Below, piece by piece: positions 1 to 20,893 of a DNA stretch of 64,000 nt. The position numbers and the translations under genes are program-made. The notes beneath the pieces were generated by a model. That model had not been told where the DNA came from and searched no databases. It saw nothing but the letters and a program-made list of their open reading frames with translations. Every line of letters starts with the position of its first letter. The stretch's first letter is position 1. Source of the stretch: the human T2T-CHM13v2.0 reference genome, Homo sapiens; NCBI RefSeq assembly GCF_009914755.1, contig NC_060948.1; one strand, written 5' to 3'.

Positions 1-1218
1 ATTATGTCTATGTTATATATAGTATAAAACAACATATAATAATATATAATTGTATATATAAAATGCGACATATAATATATATTATATTTTATAACATATG
101 TAATATATATTATATATTATATATAATACGTTGTATGTATAATACCTATATTAAATATATATTATATGACTATGTTATTAATTACATGTCACATGTGTTA
201 TATATTATATATTTTACATAGAATATACCGGTTACATACAATATATACTAAGTTACCTATAATGTATAATTTATTACATGTAAAATAAAGAATGCAATAT
301 ATTATGTATAATTTATAATATACAATATGTGGAATGTGATATATATAACATATAATATATGATATATGATATACAGTATATGATATATAACATACAATAT
401 ATGATTCCTAATATATATGGTATACAATATGTATTTTATGATATGTATTCTATATGTTTTATATTCTGTTATATATAACTATTTGAAATTATATATAACT
501 GTATAATATTTTATGTAAATATGTAATATAATATATATAACTATATAATATATTATATATAACTATATATTATGTTATATATACTTTTATAACATAATTT
601 ACATAAAATATCATAATATAATATATATTATATTATTTCATATTACATAATATATATTACATATCACCCAATATAACTAACATACATAATATTATAATAT
701 AGATTATATTGTGTTATATTAAATATCATATATATCATGTATCATATATTCTATAATATATATTACACATTATATAATATGTATGTTGTCTATTATGTGA
801 TATATATAACTCTATATATAATTATATTTTTATACAAATAACTAGATAAACATGTAATTCTACATATTTTCATTTATAATATGTAGAATTATATAATCAT
901 ATATAATTATTTATATTCTATAAAAAATTTTATCATTATATAAATTATAATATATAAAAATTATAATATGTACTACAAATATATATATTATATATCATAT
1001 ATGATATAGTAACTTTGTTATATATCATAATACATATAAATGTGTATTATGTTATCTATAATTATATAATTTCATATATAAGATGTATAATATGTATCAT
1101 ATATTATATATGTTATGTAATATATATAGTATATATAAGATGACACAGGATAAATATTATATACTATGACATATAAAATATATGAGGTTATATGTTACAT
1201 ATAAGGCATAGCACATAA

Positions 1219-1533
<315 letters not shown>

Positions 1534-2105
1534 AGATCCATATTTTTTAAATGAAAAAAAATTTCAAAGGTACTCTGCTTGGTACAATAATCAAATGTAT
1601 AAACTGAGGAATAAAACATAACCATGAAACCTACTTATAACTGCATATGGAAAATACAGAGGATAATTTTTTAAATAACATATTTTGAAAGCCTTAACTA
1701 GTAATTTGAAGAGTTGGCATTTGAAAGGCCAGTATGAATATACCTTCAAAGCAGCAACACAGGTTCCCCATGAGAAAAAGCAAACACAGGGAAAATAAAA
1801 ACACAAAGGTTCAATCTCTTCTGACCTTTGAAAGACACAGCACAGACAGTGGTCCTTAGGACGAAGAGCAGGAGACCCCTAATTCCGTCACCATGGCGAT
1901 AGGGCATAAACATTGCTGGGTGAGGGCACAATCCACATTGTGAGGTCCAACTGCTGCCAGGAAGACAGGAGTGCTTTTACATAGACCGAAAGGTCATTGA
2001 AGGCTCAGAGTTTTGTTTCAAGAACTGAATCCCAAGCCCACACGTTATTAGGCTGCGCTTCTTAAAACAAGTTATGAGATGGGAAAAAGGGCACCCACAA
2101 ACATA
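1534..2105. repeat. HSATI subunit of DYZ2 (representative; present in all 26 complete units directly after the Alu)
   Basis: ~570 bp non-Alu, non-simple sequence (AGATCCATATTTTTTAAATG...GGGCACCCACAAACATAC). Assigned from the known Alu + HSATI + AT-rich composition of DYZ2. Boundaries approximate. Confidence 0.75.
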
Positions 2106-3953
<1,848 letters not shown>

Positions 3954-6081
3954 AGATCCATATTTTTTAAATGAAAAAAAATTTCAAAGGTACTCTGCTT
4001 GGTACAATAATCAAATGTATAAACTGAGGAATAAAACATAACCATGAAACCTACTTATAACTGCATATGGAAAATACAGAGGATAATTTTTTAAATAACA
4101 TATTTTGAAAGCCTTAACTAGTAATTTGAAGAGTTGGCATTTGAAAGGCCAGTATGAATATACCTTCAAAGCAGCAACACAGGTTCCCCATGAGAAAAAG
4201 CAAACACAGGGAAAATAAAAACACAAAGGTTCAATCTCTTCTGACCTTTGAAAGACACAGCACAGACAGTGGTCCTTAGGACGAAGAGCAGGAGACCCCT
4301 AATTCCGTCACCATGGCGATAGGGCATAAACATTGCTGGGTGAGGGCACAATCCACATTGTGAGGTCCAACTGCTGCCAGGAAGACAGGAGTGCTTTTAC
4401 ATAGACCGAAAGGTCATTGAAGGCTCAGAGTTTTGTTTCAAGAACTGAATCCCAAGCCCACACGTTATTAGGCTGCGATTCTTAAAACAAGTTATGAGAT
4501 GGGAAAAAGGGCACCCACAAACATACGTATACATTATGTATATAATAATATACAGTATCATATATATAATATATATAACCTATGTATAATATTGTTTTAC
4601 ATCCTGCATCTTATGTTATATATATTGTATAAAATATAGTAATTGATAATATATAAGTTTTATAATTATACAATATGACATATAGTATATATTATAATTT
4701 ATGACATATATAATATATGTTATATATCATATATAGAATATATTATAAGGTTAATATACGTATTAAATATAAATTATACATTATATATATTATATATAAT
4801 ATATCTGTTATATATAATACCCATTATGCATAATATATATATTATGTCTATGTTATATATAGTATAAAACAACATATAATAATATATAATTGTATATATA
4901 AAATGCGACATATAATATATATTATATTTTATAACATATGTAATATATATTATATATTATATATAATACGTTGTATGTATAATACCTATATTAAATATAT
5001 ATTATATGACTATGTTATTAATTACATGTCACATGTGTTATATATTATATATTTTACATAGAATATACCGGTTACATACAATATATACTAAGTTACCTAT
5101 AATGTATAATTTATTACATGTAAAATAAAGAATGCAATATATTATGTATAATTTATAATATACAATATGTGGAATGTGATATATATAACATATAATATAT
5201 GATATATGATATACAGTATATGATATATAACATACAATATATGATTCCTAATATATATGGTATACAATATATATTTTATGATATGTATTCTATATGTTTT
5301 TTATTCTGTTATGTATAACTATTTGAAATTATATATAACTGTATAATATTTTATGTAAATATGTAATATAATATATATAACTATATAATATATTATATAT
5401 AACTATATATTATGTTATATATACTTTTATAACATAATTTACATAAAATATCATAATATAATATATATTATATTATTTCATATTACATAATATATATTAC
5501 ATATCACCCAATATAACTAACATACATAATATTATAATATAGATTATATTGTGTTATATTAAATATCATATATATCATGTATCATATATTCTATAATATA
5601 TATTACACATTATATAATATGTATGTTGTCTATTATGTGATATATATAACTCTATATATAATTATATTTTTATACAAATAACTAGATAAACATGTAATTC
5701 TACATATTTTCATTTATAATATGTAGAATTATATAATCATATATAATTATTTATATTCTATAAAAAATTTTATCATTATATAAATTATAATATATAAAAA
5801 TTATAATATGTACTACAAATATATATATTATATATCATATATGATATAGTAACTTTGTTATATATCATAATACATATAAATGTGTATTATGTTATCTATA
5901 ATTATATAATTTCATATATAAGATGTATAATATGTATCATATATTATATATGTTATGTAATATATATAGTATATATAAGATGACACAGGATAAATATTAT
6001 ATACTATGACATATAAAATATATGAGGTTATATGTTACATATAAGGCATAGCACATAACATGTAATATATATCATATATAA

Positions 6082-6373
6082 TTTTTTTTTAGACAGAATC
6101 TTGTCCTGTTGCACAGGGTGGGGTACAATGGCGCCATCTTTGCTCTCTGCAACTTCTGCCTCACGGGTCCAAGCGATTGTCCTCCCTCAGCCTCCCAGGT
6201 AGCTGGGACTACACCACACTGGGACTACACCTGCTGCCACCATGCCTAGCTAATTTTTTGGATTTTTAGTAGTGACAGCCTTTCACTGTATTGGCCAGGA
6301 TGGTCTTGATCTCTTCACGTTGTGATCCCCTTGCCTTGGCCTCCAAATTTGCTGGGATTACAGGCCTGAGCCA
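6082..6373 (-). mobile_element. Diverged Alu, unit 3
   Basis: Copy of unit 1 Alu; private CTCTCTGC variant. Confidence 0.95.
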
Positions 6374-8478
6374 AGATCCATATTTTTTAAATGAAAAAAA
6401 ATTTCAAAGGTACTCTGCTTGGTACAATAATCAAATGTATAAACTGAGGAATAAAACCTAACCATGAAACCTACTTATAACTGCATATGGAAAATACAGA
6501 GGATAATTTTTTAAATAACATATTTTGAAAGCCTTAACTAGTAATTTGAAGAGTTGGCATTTGAAAGGCCAGTATGAATATACCTTCAAAGCAGCAACAC
6601 AGGTTCCCCATGAGAAAAAGCAAACACAGGGAAAATAAAAACACAAAGGTTCAATCTCTTCTGACCTTTGAAAGACACAGCACAGACAGTGGTCCTTAGG
6701 ACGAAGAGCAGGAGACCCCTAATTCCGTCACCATGGCGATAGGGCATAAACATTGCTGGGTGAGGGCACAATCCACATTGTGAGGTCCAACTGCTGCCAG
6801 GAAGACAGGAGTGCTTTTACATAGACCGAAAGGTCATTGAAGGCTCAGAGTTTTGTTTCAAGAACTGAATCCCAAGCCCACACGTTATTAGGCTGCGCTT
6901 CTTAAAACAAGTTATGAGATGGGAAAAAGGGCACCCACAAACATACGTATACATTATGTATATAATAATATACAGTATCATATATATAATATATATAACC
7001 TATGTATAATATTGTTTTACATCCTGCATCTTATGTTATATATATTGTATAAAATATAGTAATTGATAATATATAAGTTTTATAATTATACAATATGACA
7101 TATAGTATATATTATAATTTATGACATATATAATATATGTTATATATCATATATAGAATATATTATACGGTTAATATACGTATTAAATATAAATTATACA
7201 TTATATATATTATATATAATATATCTGTTATATATAATACCCATTATGCATAATATATATATTATGTCTATGTTATATATAGTATAAAACAACATATAAT
7301 AATATATAATTGTATATATAAAATGCGACATATAATATATATTATATTTTATAACATATGTAATATATATTATATATTATATATAATACGTTGTATGTAT
7401 AATACCTATATTAAATATATATTATATGACTATGTTATTAATTACATGTCACATGTGTTATATATTATATATTTTACATAGAATATACCGGTTACATACA
7501 ATATATACTAAGTTACCTATAATGTATAATTTATTACATGTAAAATAAAGAATGCAATATATTATGTATAATTTATAATATACAATATGTGGAATGTGAT
7601 ATATATAACATATAATATATGATATATGATATACAGTATATGATATATAACATACAATATATGATTCCTAATATATATGGTATACAATATGTATTTTATG
7701 ATATGTATTCTATATGTTTTATATTCTGTTATATATAACTATTTGAAATTATATATAACTGTATAATATTTTATGTAAATATGTAATATAATATATATAA
7801 CTATATAATATATTATATATAACTATATATTATGTTATATATACTTTTATAACATAATTTACATAAAATATCATAATATAATATATATTATATTATTTCA
7901 TATTACATAATATATATTACATATCACCCAATATAACTAACATACATAATATTATAATATAGATTATATTGTGTTATATTAAATATCATATATATCATGT
8001 ATCATATATTCTATAATATATATTACACATTATATAATATGTATGTTGTCTATTATGTGATATATATAACTCTATATATAATTATATTTTTATACAAATA
8101 ACTAGATAAACATGTAATTCTACATATTTTCATTTATAATATGTAGAATTATATAATCATATATATTTATTTATATTCTATAAAAAATTTTATCATTATA
8201 TAAATTATAATATATAAAAATTATAATATGTACTACAAATATATATATTATATATCATATATGATATAGTAACTTTGTTATATATCATAATACATATAAA
8301 TGTGTATTATGTTATCTATAATTATATAATTTCATATATAAGATGTATAATATGTATCATATATTATATATGTTATGTAATATATATAGTATATATAAGA
8401 TGACACAGGATAAATATTATATACTATGACATATAAAATATATGAGGTTATATGTTACATATAAGGCATAGCACATAA

Positions 8479-8793
<315 letters not shown>

Positions 8794-10898
8794 AGATCCA
8801 TATTTTTTAAATGAAAAAAAATTTCAAAGGTACTCTGCTTGGTACAATAATCAAATGTATAAACTGAGGAATAAAACATAACCATGAAACCTACTTATAA
8901 CTGCATATGGAAAATACAGAGGATAATTTTTTAAATAACATATTTTGAAAGCCTTAACTAGTAATTTGAAGAGTTGGCATTTGAAAGGCCAGTATGAATA
9001 TACCTTCAAAGCAGCAACACAGGTTCCCCATGAGAAAAAGCAAACACAGGGAAAATAAAAACACAAAGGTTCAATCTCTTCTGACCTTTGAAAGACACAG
9101 CACAGACAGTGGTCCTTAGGACGAAGAGCAGGAGACCCCTAATTCCGTCACCATGGCGATAGGGCATAAACATTGCTGGGTGAGGGCACAATCCACATTG
9201 TGAGGTCCAACTGCTGCCAGGAAGACAGGAGTGCTTTTACATAGACCGAAAGGTCATTGAAGGCTCAGAGTTTTGTTTCAAGAACTGAATCCCAAGCCCA
9301 CACGTTATTAGGCTGCGCTTCTTAAAACAAGTTATGAGATGGGAAAAAGGGCACCCACAAACATACGTATACATTATGTATATAATAATATACAGTATCA
9401 TATATATAATATATATAACCTATGTATAATATTGTTTTACATCCTGCATCTTATGTTATATATATTGTATAAAATATAATAATTGATAATATATAAGATT
9501 TATAATTATACAATATGACATATAGTATATATTATAATTTATGACATATATAATATATGTTATATATCATATATAGAATATATTATACGGTTAATATACG
9601 TATTAAATATAAATTATACATTATATATATTATATATAATATATCTGTTATATATAATACCCATTATGCATAATATATATATTATGTCTATGTTATATAT
9701 AGTATAAAACAACATATAATAATATATAATTGTATATATAAAATGCGACATATAATATATATTATATTTTATAACATATGTAATATATATTATATATTAT
9801 ATATAATACGTTGTATGTATAATACCTATATTAAATATATATTATATGACTATGTTATTAATTACATGTCACATGTGTTATATATTATATATTTTACATA
9901 GAATATACCGGTTACATACAATATATACTAAGTTACCTATAATGTATAATTTATTACATGTAAAATAAAGAATGCAATATATTATGTATAATTTATAATA
10001 TACAATATGTGGAATGTGATATATATAACATATAATATATGATATGTGATATACAGTATATGATATATAACATACAATATATGATTCCTAATATATATGG
10101 TATACAATATATATTTTATGATATGTATTCTATATGTTTTATATTCTGTTATATATAACTATTTGAAATTATATATAACTGTATAATATTTTATGTAAAT
10201 ATGTAATATAATATATATAACTATATAATATATTATATATAACTATATATTATGTTATATATACTTTTATAACATAATTTACATAAAATATCATAATATA
10301 ATATATATTATATTATTTCCTATTACATAATATATATTACATATCACCCAATATAACTAACATACATAATATTATAATATAGATTATATTGTGTTATATT
10401 AAATATCATATATATCATGTATCATATATTCTATAATATATATTACACATTATATAATATGTATGTTGTCTATTATGTGATATATATAACTCTATATATA
10501 ATTATATTTTTATACAAATAACTAGATAAACATGTAATTCTACATATTTTCATTTATAATATGTAGAATTATATAATCATATATATTTATTTATATTCTA
10601 TAAAAAATTTTATCATTATATAAATTATAATATATAAAAATTATAATATGTACTACAAATATATATATTATATATCATATATGATATAGTAACTTTGTTA
10701 TATATCATAATACATATAAATGTGTATTATGTTATCTATAATTATATAATTTCATATATAAGATGTATAATATGTATCATATATTATATATGTTATGTAA
10801 TATATATAGTATATATAAGATGACACAGGATAAATATTATATACTATGACATATAAAATATATGAGGTTATATGTTACATATAAGGCATAGCACATAA

Positions 10899-11213
<315 letters not shown>

Positions 11214-13318
11214 AGATCCATATTTTTTAAATGAAAAAAAATTTCAAAGGTACTCTGCTTGGTACAATAATCAAATGTATAAACTGAGGAATAAAACATA
11301 ACCATGAAACCTACTTATAACTGCATATGGAAAATACAGAGGATAATTTTTTAAATAACATATTTTGAAAGCCTTAACTAGTAATTTGAAGAGTTGGCAT
11401 TTGAAAGGCCAGTATGAATATACCTTCAAAGCAGCAACACAGGTTCCCCATGAGAAAAAGCAAACACAGGGAAAATAAAAACACAAAGGTTCAATCTCTT
11501 CTGACCTTTGAAAGACACAGCACAGACAGTGGTCCTTAGGACGAAGAGCAGGAGACCCCTAATTCCGTCACCATGGCGATAGGGCATAAACATTGCTGGG
11601 TGAGGGCACAATCCACATTGTGAGGTCCAACTGCTGCCAGGAAGACAGGAGTGCTTTTACATAGACCGAAAGGTCATTGAAGGCTCAGAGTTTTGTTTCA
11701 AGAACTGAATCCCAAGCCCACACGTTATTAGGCTGCGCTTCTTAAAACAAGTTATGAGATGGGAAAAAGGGCACCCACAAACATACGTATACATTATGTA
11801 TATAATAATATACAGTATCATATATATAATATATATAACCTATGTATAATATTGTTTTACATCCTGCATCTTATGTTATATATATTGTATAAAATATAAT
11901 AATTGATAATATATAAGATTTATAATTATACAATATGACATATAGTATATATTATAATTTATGACATATATAATATATGTTATATATCATATATAGAATA
12001 TATTATACGGTTAATATACGTATTAAATATAAATTATACATTATATATATTATATATAATATATCTGTTATATATAATACCCATTATGCATAATATATAT
12101 ATTATGTCTATGTTATATATAGTATAAAACAACATATAATAATATATAATTGTATATATAAAATGCGACATATAATATATATTATATTTTATAACATATG
12201 TAATATATATTATATATTATATATAATACGTTGTATGTATAATACCTATATTAAATATATATTATATGACTATGTTATTAATTACATGTCACATGTGTTA
12301 TATATTATATATTTTACATAGAATATACCGGTTACATACAATATATACTAAGTTACCTATAATGTATAATTTATTACATGTAAAATAAAGAATGCAATAT
12401 ATTATGTATAATTTATAATATACAATATGTGGAATGTGATATATATAACATATAATATATGATATATGATATACAGTATATGATATATAACATACAATAT
12501 ATGATTCCTAATATATATGGTATACAATATATATTTTATGATATGTATTCTATATGTTTTATATTCTGTTATATATAACTATTTGAAATTATATATAACT
12601 GTATAATATTTTATGTAAATATGTAATATAATATATATAACTATATAATATATTATATATAACTATATATTATGTTATATATACTTTTATAACATAATTT
12701 ACATAAAATATCATAATATAATATATATTATATTATTTCATATTACATAATATATATTACATATCACCCAATATAACTAACATACATAATATTATAATAT
12801 AGATTATATTGTGTTATATTAAATATCATATATATCATGTATCATATATTCTATAATATATATTACACATTATATAATATGTATGTTGTCTATTATGTGA
12901 TATATATAACTCTATATATAATTATATTTTTATACATATAACTAGATAAACATGTAATTCTACATATTTTCATTTATAATATGTAGAATTATATAATCAT
13001 ATATAATTATTTATATTCTATAAAAAATTTTATCATTATATAAATTATAATATATAAAAATTATAATATGTACTACAAATATATATATTATATATCATAT
13101 ATGATATAGTACCTTTGTTATATATCATAATGCATATAAATGTGTATTATGTTATCTATAATTATATAATTTCATATATAAGATGTATAATATGTATCAT
13201 ATATTATATATGTTATGTAATATATACAGTATATATAAGATGACACAGGATAAATATTATATACTATGACATATAAAATATATGAGGTTATATGTTACAT
13301 ATAAGGCATAGCACATAA

Positions 13319-13633
<315 letters not shown>

Positions 13634-15738
13634 AGATCCATATTTTTTAAATGAAAAAAAATTTCAAAGGTACTCTGCTTGGTACAATAATCAAATGTAT
13701 AAACTGAGGAATAAAACATAACCATGAAACCTACTTATAACTGCATATGGAAAATACAGAGGATAATTTTTTAAATAACATATTTTGAAAGCCTTAACTA
13801 GTAATTTGAAGAGTTGGCATTTGAAAGGCCAGTATGAATATACCTTCAAAGCAGCAACACAGGTTCCCCATGAGAAAAAGCAAACACAGGGAAAATAAAA
13901 ACACAAAGGTTCAATCTCTTCTGACCTTTGAAAGACACAGCACAGACAGTGGTCCTTAGGACGAAGAGCAGGAGACCCCTAATTCCGTCACCATGGCGAT
14001 AGGGCATAAACATTGCTGGGTGAGGGCACAATCCACATTGTGAGGTCCAACTGCTGCCAGGAAGACAGGAGTGCTTTTACATAGACCGAAAGGTCATTGA
14101 AGGCTCAGAGTTTTGTTTCAAGAACTGAATCCCAAGCCCACACGTTATTAGGCTGCGCTTCTTAAAACAAGTTATGAGATGGGAAAAAGGGCACCCACAA
14201 ACATACGTATACATTATGTATATAATAATATACAGTATCATATATATAATATATATAACCTATGTATAATATTGTTTTACATCCTGCATCTTATGTTATA
14301 TATATTGTATAAAATATAATAATTGATAATATATAAGATTTATAATTATACAATATGACATATAGTATATATTATAATTTATGACATATATAATATATGT
14401 TATATATCATATATAGAATATATTATACGGTTAATATACGTATTAAATATAAATTATACATTATATATATTATATATAATATATCTGTTATATATAATAC
14501 CCATTATGCATAATATATATATTATGTCTATGTTATATATAGTATAAAACAACATATAATAATATATAATTGTATATATAAAATGCGACATATAATATAT
14601 ATTATATTTTATAACATATGTAATATATATTATATATTATATATAATACGTTGTATGTATAATACCTATATTAAATATATATTATATGACTATGTTATTA
14701 ATTACATGTCACATGTGTTATATATTATATATTTTACATAGAATATACCGGTTACATACAATATATACTAAGTTACCTATAATGTATAATTTATTACATG
14801 TAAAATAAAGAATGCAATATATTATGTATAATTTATAATATACAATATGTGGAATGTGATATATATAACATATAATATATGATATGTGATATACAGTATA
14901 TGATATATAACATACAATATATGATTCCTAATATATATGGTATACAATATATATTTTATGATATGTATTCTATATGTTTTATATTCTGTTATATATAACT
15001 ATTTGAAATTATATATAACTGTATAATATTTTATGTAAATATGTAATATAATATATATAACTATATAATATATTATATATAACTATATATTATGTTATAT
15101 ATACTTTTATAACATAATTTACATAAAATATCATAATATAATATATATTATATTATTTCCTATTACATAATATATATTACATATCACCCAATATAACTAA
15201 CATACATAATATTATAATATAGATTATATTGTGTTATATTAAATATCATATATATCATGTATCATATATTCTATAATATATATTACACATTATATAATAT
15301 GTATGTTGTCTATTATGTGATATATATAACTCTATATATAATTATATTTTTATACAAATAACTAGATAAACATGTAATTCTACATATTTTCATTTATAAT
15401 ATGTAGAATTATATAATCATATATATTTATTTATATTCTATAAAAAATTTTATCATTATATAAATTATAATATATAAAAATTATAATATGTACTACAAAT
15501 ATATATATTATATATCATATATGATATAGTAACTTTGTTATATATCATAATACATATAAATGTGTATTATGTTATCTATAATTATATAATTTCATATATA
15601 AGATGTATAATATGTATCATATATTATATATGTTATGTAATATATATAGTATATATAAGATGACACAGGATAAATATTATATACTATGACATATAAAATA
15701 TATGAGGTTATATGTTACATATAAGGCATAGCACATAA

Positions 15739-16053
<315 letters not shown>

Positions 16054-18158
16054 AGATCCATATTTTTTAAATGAAAAAAAATTTCAAAGGTACTCTGCTT
16101 GGTACAATAATCAAATGTATAAACTGAGGAATAAAACATAACCATGAAACCTACTTATAACTGCATATGGAAAATACAGAGGATAATTTTTTAAATAACA
16201 TATTTTGAAAGCCTTAACTAGTAATTTGAAGAGTTGGCATTTGAAAGGCCAGTATGAATATACCTTCAAAGCAGCAACACAGGTTCCCCATGAGAAAAAG
16301 CAAACACAGGGAAAATAAAAACACAAAGGTTCAATCTCTTCTGACCTTTGAAAGACACAGCACAGACAGTGGTCCTTAGGACGAAGAGCAGGAGACCCCT
16401 AATTCCGTCACCATGGCGATAGGGCATAAACATTGCTGGGTGAGGGCACAATCCACATTGTGAGGTCCAACTGCTGCCAGGAAGACAGGAGTGCTTTTAC
16501 ATAGACCGAAAGGTCATTGAAGGCTCAGAGTTTTGTTTCAAGAACTGAATCCCAAGCCCACACGTTATTAGGCTGCGCTTCTTAAAACAAGTTATGAGAT
16601 GGGAAAAAGGGCACCCACAAACATACGTATACATTATGTATATAATAATATACAGTATCATATATATAATATATATAACCTATGTATAATATTGTTTTAC
16701 ATCCTGCATCTTATGTTATATATATTGTATAAAATATAATAATTGATAATATATAAGATTTATAATTATACAATATGACATATAGTATATATTATAATTT
16801 ATGACATATATAATATATGTTATATATCATATATAGAATATATTATACGGTTAATATACGTATTAAATATAAATTATACATTATATATATTATATATAAT
16901 ATATCTGTTATATATAATACCCATTATGCATAATATATATATTATGTCTATGTTATATATAGTATAAAACAACATATAATAATATATAATTGTATATATA
17001 AAATGCGACATATAATATATATTATATTTTATAACATATGTAATATATATTATATATTATATATAATACGTTGTATGTATAATACCTATATTAAATATAT
17101 ATTATATGACTATGTTATTAATTACATGTCACATGTGTTATATATTATATATTTTACATAGAATATACCGGTTACATACAATATATACTAAGTTACCTAT
17201 AATGTATAATTTATTACATGTAAAATAAAGAATGCAATATATTATGTATAATTTATAATATACAATATGTGGAATGTGATATATATAACATATAATATAT
17301 GATATATGATATACAGTATATGATATATAACATACAATATATGATTCCTAATATATATGGTATACAATATATATTTTATGATATGTATTCTATATGTTTT
17401 ATATTCTGTTATATATAACTATTTGAAATTATATATAACTGTATAATATTTTATGTAAATATGTAATATAATATATATAACTATATAATATATTATATAT
17501 AACTATATATTATGTTATATATACTTTTATAACATAATTTACATAAAATATCATAATATAATATATATTATATTATTTCATATTACATAATATATATTAC
17601 ATATCACCCAATATAACTAACATACATAATATTATAATATAGATTATATTGTGTTATATTAAATATCATATATATCATGTATCATATATTCTATAATATA
17701 TATTACACATTATATAATATGTATGTTGTCTATTATGTGATATATATAACTCTATATATAATTATATTTTTATACATATAACTAGATAAACATGTAATTC
17801 TACATATTTTCATTTATAATATGTAGAATTATATAATCATATATAATTATTTATATTCTATAAAAAATTTTATCATTATATAAATTATAATATATAAAAA
17901 TTATAATATGTACTACAAATATATATATTATATATCATATATGATATAGTACCTTTGTTATATATCATAATGCATATAAATGTGTATTATGTTATCTATA
18001 ATTATATAATTTCATATATAAGATGTATAATATGTATCATATATTATATATGTTATGTAATATATACAGTATATATAAGATGACACAGGATAAATATTAT
18101 ATACTATGACATATAAAATATATGAGGTTATATGTTACATATAAGGCATAGCACATAA

Positions 18159-18473
<315 letters not shown>

Positions 18474-20578
18474 AGATCCATATTTTTTAAATGAAAAAAA
18501 ATTTCAAAGGTACTCTGCTTGGTACAATAATCAAATGTATAAACTGAGGAATAAAACATAACCATGAAACCTACTTATAACTGCATATGGAAAATACAGA
18601 GGATAATTTTTTAAATAACATATTTTGAAAGCCTTAACTAGTAATTTGAAGAGCTGGCATTTGAAAGGCCAGTATGAATATACCTTCAAAGCAGCAACAC
18701 AGGTTCCCCATGAGAAAAAGCAAACACAGGGAAAATAAAAACACAAAGGTTCAATCTCTTCTGACCTTTGAAAGACACAGCACAGACAGTGGTCCTTAGG
18801 ACGAAGAGCAGGAGACCCCTAATTCCGTCACCATGGCGATAGGGCATAAACATTGCTGGGTGAGGGCACAATCCACATTGTGAGGTCCAACTGCTGCCAG
18901 GAAGACAGGAGTGCTTTTACATAGACCGAAAGGTCATTGAAGGCTCAGAGTTTTGTTTCAAGAACTGAATCCCAAGCCCACACGTTATTAGGCTGCGCTT
19001 CTTTAAACAAGTTATGAGATGGGAAAAAGGGCACCCACAAACATACGTATACATTATGTATATAATAATATACAGTATCATATATATAATATATATAACC
19101 TATGTATAATATTGTTTTACATCCTGCATCTTATGTTATATATATTGTATAAAATATAAGAATTGATAATATATAAGTTTTATAATTATACAATATGACA
19201 TATAGTATATATTATAATTTATGACATATATAATATATGTTATATATCATATATAGAATATATTATACGGTTAATATACGTATTAAATATAAATTATACA
19301 TTATATATATTATATATAATATATCTGTTATATATAATACCCATTATGCATAATATATATATTATGTCTATGTTATATATAGTATAAAACAACATATAAT
19401 AATATATAATTGTATATATAAAATGCGACATATAATATATATTATATTTTATGACATATGTAATATATATTATATATTATATATAATACGTTGTATGTAT
19501 AATACCTATATTAAATATATATTATATGACTATGTTATTAATTACATGTCACATGTGTTATATATTATATATTTTACATAGAATATACCGGTTACATACA
19601 ATATATACTAAGTTACCTATAATGTATAATTTATTACATGTAAAATAAAGAATGCAATATATTATGTATAATTTATAATATACAATATGTGGAATGTGAT
19701 ATATATAACATATAATATATGATATATGATATACAGTATATGATATATAACATACAATATATGATTCCTAATATATATGGTATACAATATGTATTTTATG
19801 ATATGTATTCTATATGTTTTATATTCTGTTATATATAACTATTTGAAATTATATATAACTGTATAATATTTTATGTAAATATGTAATATAATATATATAA
19901 CTATATAATATATTATATATAACTATATATTATGTTATATATACTTTTATAACATAATTTACATAAAATATCATAATATAATATATATTATATTATTTCC
20001 TATTACATAATATATATTACATATCACCCAATATAACTAACATACATAATATTATAATATAGATTATATTGTGTTATATTAAATATCATATATATCATGT
20101 ATCATATATTCTATAATATATATTACACATTATATAATATGTATGTTGTCTATTATGTGATATATATAACTCTATATATAATTATATTTTTATTCAAATA
20201 ACTAGATAAACATGTAATTCTACATATTTTCATTTATAATATGTAGAATTATATAATCATATATATTTATTTATATTCTATAAAAAATTTTATCATTATA
20301 TAAATTATAATATATAAAAATTATAATATGTACTACAAATATATATATTATATATCATATATGATATAGTAACTTTGTTATATATCATAATACATATAAA
20401 TGTGTATTATGTTATCTATAATTATATAATTTCATATATAAGATGTATAATATGTATCATATATTATATATGTTATGTAATATATATAGTATATATAAGA
20501 TGACACAGGATAAATATTATATACTATGACATATAAAATATATGAGGTTATATGTTACATATAAGGCATAGCACATAA

Positions 20579-20893
<315 letters not shown>

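Noticed and set aside
184-196. ACATGTCACATGT as a p53-family response element
   Set aside because: The CATG cores are 3 bp apart rather than the canonical 6, the flanks do not fit RRRCWWGYYY, and the motif is mutated in many central units.
329-340. GGAAT motif suggesting HSat3/DYZ1
   Set aside because: A single pentamer per unit; there is no (GGAAT)n tract or DYZ1 junction in the window.
1888-1897. Kozak-like TCACCATGGC in the HSATI segment
   Set aside because: The frame closes after five codons (ATG GCG ATA GGG CAT AAA CAT ... continues only briefly and is below the ORF-track threshold); nothing supports translation.
1591-1931. Recurring 71-aa and 61-aa minus-strand ORFs as a multicopy gene
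   Set aside because: Short, overlapping in different frames, and with no recognisable domain. They recur only because the DNA repeats, and the 71-aa frame is broken in seven units and truncated in unit 3.
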